Origin: Antedon mediterranea
Lineage: Eukaryota > Animalia > Echinodermata
DNA length: 64,000 nt
Assembly: GCF_964355755.1 (NCBI RefSeq)
Contig: NC_092670.1
Span: 6,190,201 to 6,254,200 of the forward strand
Reading direction: 5' to 3'
Part shown: in pieces, positions 34,661 to 44,900 of the stretch
How the letters are laid out: every line of letters starts with the position of its first letter
Numbering within the stretch: the stretch's first letter is position 1
Program-made: the position numbers and the translations under genes
The notes under the pieces: model-generated
What the model saw: the letters and a program-made list of their open reading frames with translations, nothing else
The model's database searches: none
What the model was told of the DNA's origin: nothing

Positions 34661-36959
34661 AAAATAGAAATAAAGTCCCTAAATTTAAATATCTTTTCGT
34701 ATGTTAATACAATGTGCTCAAGTGGACCCAATTTGGCCCCAGTGGAGCACAGTGATATAAAATAGAAATAAAGTCACTAAATTTTTAATATCTTTTCGTA
34801 TAAAACACTGTGCTCAAGTGGACACAATTTAGTACCAGAGGAGCAGTGATATAAAATAGAAATAAAGTCACTCAAGTTTCAATCTTTTCGTATGTTAATA
34901 CACTGTGCTCAAGTGGACCCAATTTGGCGCCAGTGGATTTTTTTTTAATGAAAAATAATGAATATGGTTTTTCTTTTATTTTGAAAGAGAGATATTTTGA
35001 GGATTGTAAATGTCAAGTGGAACTTTTTTAAAATCAGAAACAAAGTTTAATGGCATTATTTTCCATTAAATAGACTGCCATAAAACCATGTGCTCTTTCA
35101 TTTTTCGTACGCGTACTCTTGGGTGGGCTTTTTTTCCACATGGAGTTCTTTTCGAGATGACTAACGAGGGGAACTGCTAGCTTCCCGCCCGAAAAATATT
35201 TTATTTACATGATTTGAAAAATCTTCTAATGTAAATGATTAACAGCATCAAAATTTAACAGTGTGGCGTGTTGACCGCGAATGACTAACATACCATCTTT
35301 ACCATAATACACCTGCACAGACTCATTTGCATAACAACGCACGCACATACCAAACTGTTTAAAATAGAGCTACAAGGTACCCGAAAATGACATCTATTAT
35401 GTTTTCAAACAACATGCATAAGAATCTTCAGTACCCACCATGCTTGGGGCTAAGCAAAGACAATTTTGAAAAAAAAGAGCTGTATACAGTAGGTTCCCGC
35501 CCGAAAAAATAGCGTTTCATGATTTGAATGAAACAAACTATAAGACTCACCAGGACAATATATGAGCTTGTCCCCGGAAAGTGCACCTATTCCAGTACCC
35601 AGTACTAGCCCATCCATGGTTGAGGCAGAGCAATGCACTTACTTTTATACTTATTACTATACATAGTCACCTATGATAATTATGATAATGTTAAAATTTC
35701 AACTATTTAGATGCGACTTCAACATTTTAGGTGGGGTTTTCTACTTTTTTTAAACTCGACTTCGTATATGTCTAAGGCCTAGCCCGGCGGCGGAATTAGT
35801 CTAAGCTTCGAAATTGGTCTGGAAATCGGCATCTTTGCAAATGTTCTATATTTGATCTTATTTCACTCTCCATTAACCTCACACAAAAACCATCGGAGAC
35901 TATCTGTTTAAAACATGTTTATTCTGGGACGGTGCGGCCATACACACCAACTACTATGAAGAATCGGATATTTCGCTACTAATGTTGCAACATTGATTAA
36001 CAAAATCAAAATTTAACAGTGGGGCGCGTTGACCGCGAATGACTAACAATACCATCTTTCCCACTACACCTGCACACACTCATTTGTATAACAACGAACG
36101 GCATACCAAATACATTCCCTTCTCAACACCTAACGCGTAACGAAGATAATTAATTCCTTTTTTACATTAAAATTGAGGCCGCTAAACATAAAATTGGGGC
36201 TGAGCAAAGACAATTTTGAAAAAATATTTATTGAAATATGAAATTAAATATTAAGTCTCCAGTTAAGCTCACCATGGTTGGGGCAGAGCTAAGAATGAAA
36301 GCTTATTCCTCGGAAATTATGAAACGAAATAATATATAAGTCTTCAGGACCAGCCATACAATGGTGATTGTTTCCCAAGTGTGAGACATGCAATGCACGC
36401 GGCCGTAATTTCACAAAACAAAATTATGAAATACCAACAGAGCTAGCACACAAAAGCCTACTTACTAATTTTAATATTTCTATAATTTAGAAAACAATTA
36501 TCACCTTTGATAATTATAATGTTAAATTTCAACTATCCAGATGCGAATTTTAGGTTGGGTTTAAAAAAACTTCATATGCTTCAATTTCGAAGATCTTCTA
36601 CCATAAAGTTTTATTCACAACATAATATCAGTAGGCCTACAATACAATATCTTGCATGAAACGGATATTTAAAAATACACTATAATGTGCAACGGTAGAA
36701 TTATAATTATAATGTAAAAGATTAACAAAATAAACATTGAACAGTGTTGTGTGTTGATCGCGAATGACTAAAAATACCATCTTTCCCACAGCACATGTGC
36801 ACACTCATTTGCATAACAAACGCACGGCATACCAAACTACGATGAGATAAAATTAATTCTCTTCTAAACGAAGAGAATTAATTCCCTTTTTTTTTACATT
36901 AAAATAAATTGATGGCGCTAAACATAAAATTTAAACCATCAAAGCAGTTGACGAGAGCC

Positions 36960-37220
36960 AAAAAAAAAAGATGGTAAATGTGCTCTTTCTGCCTCAGCAC
37001 TAAGGCCCTGCCACAGCCTTTTGGGGTCGTTTCCACCACATCACCAGATGCATTGATGTTTTCGCCTCATGATGGGTGGTGGAAAGGGGGACGTATGATC
37101 TGTGAACCCCAAACACAGTGGCTCGCATAGCCTTAACTCTATTCCACCGACCAGCGTGGGAATCGAACCCACGACATACGTGTTGTTAACACGACGCTCA
37201 GACGACTGAGCTAACTGATC
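36960..37220 (-). mobile_element. tRNA-headed SINE or structured Pol III RNA (intact cloverleaf head, AAC at the anticodon position)
   Basis: 37220-37149 folds as acceptor GATCAGT/GCTGGTC, D arm GCTC/GAGC, anticodon arm CGTG-TTAACAA-CACG, T arm GTGGG-TTCGATT-CCCAC. It continues ~190 nt to CATTTACCATC and a T run. Confidence 0.7.
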
Positions 37221-37312
37221 ATTTTGGTTTTAGCAAGGTTAATAGGATATTTATGACGTAATGATCAATTACGTAATACACGTATAAATAGACTATTATC
37301 AGCTTTTCAGTC

Positions 37313-37399
37313 ATCTGCTTGGTGGCGTAACGGGTAATGCTCCGTTTTGAATGCTATCGGCTGGGGTTCGAACCTCGACGGATATTTTTTTTTTTTTTT
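37313..37399 (+). ncRNA. Short tRNA-like Pol III cassette (A box, B box, oligo-T terminator)
   Basis: TGGCGTAACGG (A box), GGTTCGAACC (B box), then a T15 run. Cloverleaf pairing is poor. Confidence 0.4.
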
Positions 37400-39100
37400 A
37401 ATATTGTTTTTTTTTTTAAATTGAGGTATGTGACACTGTATTGTCGAACACGTATGGTACCATACCGGTAGGTATTCAAATGTGCTTAATACGAAAAGAT
37501 ATTAAAATTCAGTGACTTATTTTTATTTTATATCACTGTGCTCCACTGGCTCCAAGTTGGGTCCACTTGAGCACAGTGTATTAATAACGAAAATATATTA
37601 AAATTCCGTGAATTATTTCTATTTTATATCACTGTGCTCGCCTAGTGCCAAATTGGGTACACTTGAGTACATTGTATTAAAATACGAAAAGATATTACAA
37701 TTCAGTGACATATTTCTATTTTATATCACTGTGCTCCACTGACTCCAAATTAGGTCCACTTAATCACAGTGTATTAAAATACGAAAAGATATTACAATTC
37801 AGTGACCTATTTCTATTTTATATCACTGTGCTCCTCACTGGCGCCAAATTGTGTCCACTTGGGCACAGTGTATTAACATACGAAAAGATATTAACATTAT
37901 TGACTTATTTCTATTTTATATCACTGTGTTCCACTGGTGCTAAATTTGGTCCACTGAACCAGTTACCGTAGTACTATTTCTATTTCGGAAGTAAATAAAG
38001 GCATAAATGGCGCTCCGTAGAAGTAGAGAATGCTCGATCGTCGAAATGACGCTCTGAATATACCTCCCATTTGAGTGGTTTTAATTGGCATCCAATATTA
38101 TATATTAGGCCTAGTATCAAATTATTCAGATATAAACAATATTAAACATAGCAGCAACAATTCTGAATTGAGTTTTAATTTAAATGAGAGAAAAACATCT
38201 AAATGTAAAAAAGTTTAACAGATATAAAATGCATTCATATAATTATTTTATTACATAAACATTCATTCAAAAATAAAATCATTGTAGGCCTACACCCATT
38301 TTTAAAAATCCATTGATCACTTAAATTTAAGCATTGTTCGTTCAAGATATGGGAACACATTTCACCCATTTATTTGCATATTTCATCTTGATGAAGTTAA
38401 TAAAATTGTATTTTTATTATTGTTTTGAATCATAACAGAAAGTAAACATAGGCCTCCATAATTAGATCTCAGGTCTATAAGGCACGTATTTTCACTGCTC
38501 TATAAATGTGATTAGATATGGTAGGCCTATAACGATGTTAAAAAACAATTTATTTATTTACAAAGACAATTTATTAATAATAAATTAGTGGTGATGTTAA
38601 TTTTGCAATGGATTGTTGCAATTGTCGAGGCTGACTTGAACACAGGATTTCCCATCCCACCTTGAACCTTAGTCTTCGAAGTAGTCAAAATAACTTCCGC
38701 AATTCAAGTTAGTGTAGATTAAATACTGAACCCCTTCAAAAACGGGGTGCATTTCTTATTATCTTTGTCAAAATATGCCCACAAGTCTAAGATCTCCATT
38801 ACTGCAAATAAGGCTTTTTTTCTTATTTTGGCAGAAGCAGAATATATATACAGAGAAAAGAGCAACCAATTATTTATCTCATCGAGAGAAGGAGGCAACT
38901 CAAAGATGTGAACGATTTAAAATATCTAGTCATTTGTAGAATTAGAGAGTAAGACAGATTTCAATTTCAGAAAGGCAAGCATGGGCTGCTTATCACTGAC
39001 AAACCACCTTTCCGAGCAAACAAAATTGCCATTCTTCAGAGTAGAAACTATTCTCTTGTTGTGAAACCTGTAAGCGTTGAACATTATTAGCCTACCCCAG

Positions 39101-39290
39101 TCATTTTTTTTGCATCAAACACGTATGGAAACATACTTCCATAATGCAGCTAGTAATCAGCGCAAAGTTGTGTCTTGATTTAACCAGGTACCCATTTATA
39201 CACCTGGGTGTAGAGAGGCAAACGTAAGTATCTTGCCTAATACAAGCAATGCTCCGAGAGTTGGATTCGAACCACGATCTCACGATCAGT
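39101..39290 (-). mobile_element. CORE-like tRNA-derived SINE, 5' end eroded
   Basis: Minus strand: GTGGTTCGAATCC (B box), then TTAGGCAAGATACTTAC..TGCCTCTCTACACCCAGGTGTATAAATGGGTACC. Confidence 0.65.
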
Positions 39291-39512
39291 ATACAAAATA
39301 AAGACAATTAAAGCACTTAACATAAGGTTTTTTATGGTATTTTTATTTACTTTCCTTGAATAAAGTTTGCTTCCTTCCTTCCCCATCTTATTGTAAACTT
39401 GAAAATAACGATGTTTTTTTTTTAAACTGGCACAGGTCCATTAAATATTAATGGAATCAACTTGATGATAATATTAAAAATATACTGTTTGAAGGTTTGC
39501 ATGGCGAAATCA

Positions 39513-39748
39513 AATGTTGATATAAAGTTTCCGGTACATCAAGGATATTAGTTCTGAAAAGAACTGTTGAGTTTCTTATCATATTAATGATATTAGAACC
39601 TGGCCTATATCTAATATACATAAAACGACATAAACAACTACTTACGTTTAATAAATCTATCCAAACTGCAATAGTGTTATTCTAATAACTCAACAGTTTC
39701 TTTTCAGAAATAATATACGTGGTGTACCGCAAACTGTATATCAATATT
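39513..39748. mobile_element. Palindromic MITE (partial copies at ~3237-3295 and ~50194-50255)
   Basis: ~60-bp inverted arms TTGATATAAAGTTT.CGGTACA...GTTCTGAAAAGAACTGTTGAGTT. Confidence 0.7.
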
Positions 39749-39872
39749 AACAAGGCCAACAGCCATAAGTCGCGTGCTAAAACGCATAGTGATACCAGAC
39801 CGACAGACCGACAGAACGACAGAACGACCGACCGACATAGTGAACTATAGAGTCGCGTCCACGCGACTGAAT
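39749..39872 (-). mobile_element. Minimal Helentron-associated (HINE/DINE-1-like) element
   Basis: 5' hairpin AGTCGCGT-GG-ACGCGACT, (GTCG/GTCT)n microsatellite, 3' subTIR CACGCGACT, small hairpin and CTTGTT end. Confidence 0.65.
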
Positions 39873-40189
39873 GCTAAATCCCTATCATACAAATTTAAAA
39901 AGGTTTTAATTTCAAAATTGCGATTTATTACTACAGTATATGGTTTATTTTATAAGATTACTTATTTATTATAAAATAAATATCCAATGTTAGTGCAATA
40001 ACAATTCGGCCTATGGAAATGTGAAAATCTTAATCTAATTTAATTTGTGGAATGCTTTTGTTGTAATTGTCACTTATAATATTGTTTTGGCGTGTTAAAT
40101 CTTTGGGACCATGTTTTCACTACCCATCATTGTTTGAAGAATTTCCTAGTAACAGTATACACTAGTTTCATTTATGAAACATAAATGGT

Positions 40190-40502
40190 AAACCAATTAC
40201 TGTACACGCCCAATACCAATGTTCTTACTTCGGCAATGGCCAATGAGAATCTTTGAACAAGTACGTCCGCCTTCTTATCCTTTATGGATTGTTCATTGAC
40301 CAATCAACGATCGGTATTCCACGGTGATGTAAAGCGGGTGATTTGGGATTAATTGTACACAAAACAACTCGCGCCAAATAAACATCGTTTGGCGGTATAC
40401 ATTCATTCGTTGTGTTGTCTTAATGTTGTGTTGCTTATCAAAGCTGGGCGAACGTAACCCGAAAACTGTATTACTATTACAGTTTGGATAGATTTATTAA
40501 AC
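40190..40502 (+). promoter_or_regulatory. Candidate SLC23 promoter and non-coding first exon
   Basis: Five CCAAT boxes (~40193, 40210, 40216, 40240, 40300), E2F-like TCGCGCCAAA (40369) and TTTGGCGG (40388), and donor AC|GTAAGT at 40502/40503. Inferred from motif clustering only. Confidence 0.45.
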
Positions 40503-40620
40503 GTAAGTATGTCGTTTTATGTATTATACTATAATATAGGCCAGATCCTAATAATAATGTTTATATTACACGAGAGGAAGAGGAGGTGAAACCATTATAC
40601 CGTCATCATTGGATGGGACT

Positions 40621-41423
40621 TGTTATGCGCGATTTGAACGATTTGCGCAATTTGAAATTGCGCAAAAAAATCCTTGCGCAATTTGAAATTGCGCAAAGAA
40701 TTCTTGCGCAATTTAAAATTGCGCAAGGATTTTTTTGCGCAATTTCAAATTGCGCAATCAACTTGCGCAATTTCAAATTGCGCAAGAAAATCTTTGCGCA
40801 ATTTTAAATTGCGCTGCACAATTTGTAAATTGCGCAAGGTAGTTCTTGCGCAATATGACACCTTTGCGCAATTTGAAAACGAACTGTAAATTTTCCCATA
40901 CATGGCTAGGCTAGGCCTAGGCAGAGGAGTTTAAAATTTAGTATTTTATTATATAAATAAGACCATTTCAATGAAGATAATGTTTAATACTCACTTTTTA
41001 AGTTTTTAATATTAGTTTAGCTAGGCCATGTAACCTAGTCAGTATCAGTAGTCCAGACCCTAGCTAGGCTAGAGTAGTAGGCTATAGCCGGCCGCCCGCG
41101 CCGCGCCCGCCTGGTGGAACACCACCGCTTCGTTTTCCTTCGTCGGTTCTTCGACGGTATGCTAACTTATAACAATATTTGCACTACTAAAATAAGGAAA
41201 TGCAATATTTATCTTTAATTTTGAATCATTCTTAGAAATTACTATAAAAATATGGGTGTGCATGATTTCACAATCTGTCGAAAAACCTTGCGCAATTTGC
41301 AGATTACTTGCGCAATTTAATACGTTGCTTGCGCAATTTGAAACACATGTTTCAATTCAAATTGCGCAAGGATTTTTTTTGCGCAATTTCAAATTGCGCA
41401 AATCGTTCAAATCGCGCATAACA
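40621..41423. mobile_element. Non-autonomous Ginger-like element (TGT...ACA ends, 4-bp TSD)
   Basis: ~65-bp TIR TGTTATGCGCGATTTGAACGATTTGCGCAATTTGAAATTGCGCAA. GACT at 40617-40620 and 41424-41427. Confidence 0.85.
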
Positions 41424-41982
41424 GACTTAATTCATGCATGGATGATATCAATTATTGTCCCACTGATAAAATAATGTTTAAAAGTTTTTTTTTGTTGTAT
41501 ATGCCTGTTTAATGTCTCATAATATTTATTTACTCTGACCAAAAATTTAGATTAAAAAAAAAAATTATTTAGTGAAAAACTATAATTTAAACAAAAAAAT
41601 AGTCAATGGCTGGTTGATGTTTTTTGGTTAAATTTAACCATTTTGGCCTAATATTGTCTTTCGTAAGTGAAAACATTATTTTTCTACATTGTCCTATAAA
41701 TTAATTGTGGAATATTTGTAGTGGAGTTCAGCACCCTGATCTTCTCCTGTTTATACCCCTGTTCACACCATGTAACTTGGATAACCTCCAGAATACTACT
41801 GTAGTAAAAAAATATGTTCCTTCATGTGTGTACAGAAGATTTATTTTATTCGCCGAATAGTATATGTTTGCAATGGTTGTATTTTTAAATACAAACAAAC
41901 ATTTTTTTGTAAACTTTTTAATTTTATTAATTGAATTCACAGAGTTGTTGATTGTATTAGAAGAGAAATACATTATTTCACA

Positions 41983-44900
41983 ATGGAATACAAGGTAAAA
42001 CCTATTTTTACTACATTTTACTTAAAAATCGTGGTTAAATACAAATTAACATTTGACATCCCGAAGGAATGATTTTTTTCTTGAGGCGAAGCTAAGGGAA
42101 TATATACTTCCGTTTATTGTAAATTTGCCTATTTGGTAAAGAAGACAAAAAATGTTTTCTCCAAATTGGTTTACAAAACGCAGCATGGTGAATGGCTAAC
42201 GAGAGTCTTTCATTATGTACTGTACTATTTGTGGTGTTCAGTAACTACAGTATTATAAATTTGAAATGTAACAATACCTAAATACACCCTTAGTAAAATG
42301 AATTCATCCTTTAAAGTTACAGGCGCAAAAATATGGAACAATTTACCAATTAATATTAAATCGGCACCAACAATTACGTCCTTTAAGGCTAGATACAAAT
42401 CTCATTTCTTTTCATAAAAACTGACATGTATTATATTTAATTAAGTTTCTCTTTTGTATATTTTGATTAAGACAGGACCACAATGTAAAACAGATACACT
42501 GTTATCTGATTGTTTTATCCTGTATAAATATATTATTTATTATTATTATTTATACAGAAAACAATGCAAACAAAAAATGTCAAGTGAAATATAAATGAAT
42601 GCGATTTTTACAGAAATAATGTCCAGTAAATGGTATATGACACGAAAGTGTCATTAATAATGAATTATAAATGGAATTAAATAGGGGGAAAACAATCAAA
42701 GGTGGTGGAGAGAAAAAAAACTACTATTTTATATGTTAGTTACTGTTAGTACTGGAGCCTAATGACTTGTTATTTAAATTTTTATAACATAGCAAATCAG
42801 CAGTAATTTTAGAAAAAGCAAAAACTACCTCGAAAAGAAGAAGCCCATCTCGAAAAAAAGTAAAAGTAATCTAAAAAACACTGGGTTTCTTTTCAAGATA
42901 GTATCGGCTTCTTTTCAAGATAGAATTTGAATATTAAAGCAAAAAGGTGATTTAATGCCAGATAACTTGTGATGCAGATATAAAATAGATATCGTGCAGT
43001 ACATTCATTTTACAGTTTAACAATGGTATTTTGATCACAAATATGTAAAATTGGTAGGTAATGTTTCAAATATTATTAAAGTAGTACTTAGTAGTACAAA
43101 ACAGCATTTTTATTTAAAAAAGAAGTCCCCCTCTTTTGTTTGCAAAAGTAATATAGAAAAATCCCATCTTGAAAAGAAGCCCACGGAGTACACTAAAAAA
43201 AGCTCATGGGTTTTTTTTTGGAGGTATTATGGTATGTTATACGAGGCTTCAATACAGTACACGGAAGACGGGAATCGACTGCCAAGCTAGTGTAATGATG
43301 TATTCAATTGCAAAGTAAACACGAGTCAGATTGTGCTAATTAAATTTGATTACAAGTGTGACATTCATAATTTGGCACGTGTTTGTTTTCCTTGAATTTC
43401 TAAGAAAAAAGAGTTGTAATAATTATAAATATTTATGTCCCTCTAGCCTTCAATTATTATTGCTCAAATATTTTTTATGTCAAACTTATTTTTGAGTGTA
43501 AACTTGATTTGCCTTGTTCGCATTGGATTTTAAATTTAATGATGTGTCAACCAAATCCATGTTTACATTTTGCACATTGCCCTTAAATTCATATTGTAGT
43601 TTTGGCTGTACTTTAACGGCATATGGTTGCCAACCACCACTATCGACATTCTGAAAAGAACCCCACAAATTAAGTCCAGTACAATCATAGTTTGAAAGTC
43701 TGTCTCTCATCAGTCTGATGGGAACACGTGAAAAAAGTAGCGCAATATTATTTGAAATATTTTCATTTTTACATAATGTAGGTGGTTCAGGTAATGAAAT
43801 ATAAGTGAAATATTTGCAAATAATCATTTTAGGAGACTAACGTTGATGGTGGTAGTATGGATGATGAGCATGAGACAACTGGAAAGCTAAAAGCAAAAGT
43901 TATCTTGGAGAATTTAAAGGGAGATTTGAGCTATGGGATTCAAGATGTTCCCCCTATTTCAACCTGTATGTTCCTGGGATTCCAGGTAAATTTCTTCAGG
44001 AATAATTATTAGCACATGTGACATAAATAACTTTAAAATAATGTTTTTAAATACTGTAGTATAACATATGTAATCGGTAGCGTGTGTTTGTTTGTTAGCA
44101 GGATTACTCAAAAAGTAATTACAAGATCTTTACCAAAATGAATATACATATAGATATGTGGTCAAGGACCATTCCATTAAATGTTGGGACCATTTGGGAC
44201 CAAAGTCCCAATTCTGGACCACTTTTTAGTATACTTTTTCAGACCTGCTAGTGTTAAAAGATAGGACAGAATTTTTCAAAAGCCGGCGAGCAGTCTTAAA
44301 GTAACAAGTAAACTGTAATTGCATTTTCTCAAGAACTACTTGTCCAAAAAACTTCAGTTTTATACAAGAGGCAAGAGTTATAATTGGTTATCCGCACTTG
44401 GCGGATAACCTCTTGTTATTGTCAGGATCTTTTTTTTTTTTTTCTTTTTTTTTTTTTTCTATATTCTTCTTTCTTTCCACGAATTTTGTTCGCTGCGTAT
44501 CTCTAATTCTGGCCAACATAAAGTTGTATAACTTTGTGAAAAGATTGCCCTGTAGCTGTAGATGTGCAAGAAACTTTTTTTTATGAATTTTGAGTCGCGC
44601 AGCGTAAGTTACGCGCGATTTTATGAATTTCAATGATTGATCATAGAATAAAAACTAAAAATCATTTTGTATAGAAACTTGGTGAAAATTTAAGTCATAT
44701 TATGCGCTAACTTTCTATGGAGAGAAAATGGCATGTTTTATAAAAAGTTACGCGCGCACGCGCGTTTTAAATTTCAAATTGCGAAAAATCAATTTCTAAT
44801 CAACTTTCTACGCGTTTCATGTCATTTTGAGCATTTCAAAAATTCCCACGCGTGCGCACTTTTTTTACGCGCCCGTGCGCACGTAGCGCAAAAACATCTT

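Larger units (their letters stand above)
33707..38067. mobile_element. Foldback-type DNA element with long modular TIRs (~130-bp unique end plus ~100-bp tandem subunits)
   Basis: GGAGGTATATTCAGAG(T/C)GTCATT...CTACGGAGCGCCATTTATGCCTTTA at both ends in inverted orientation. GTGGACCAAATTT..GCACAGTGATATAAAATAGAAATA units at 33825-33905 and 34660-34935, inverted at 37490-37960. CCATTTGA at 33695-33702 and 38067-38074. Confidence 0.88.

Noticed and set aside
37149-37220. Bona fide tRNA-Val(AAC) gene
   Set aside because: The body is Ile-like, the top anticodon-stem pair is a T-T mismatch, and there is no terminator until ~190 nt later. Kept as a SINE or ncRNA head.
40586-40889. ORFs with LRNLKLRK repeats
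   Set aside because: They are translations of the TTGCGCAA array in the TIR.
43486-43827. 113-aa minus-strand ORF in an SLC23 intron
   Set aside because: No recognisable domain or exon partners, so it cannot be supported.
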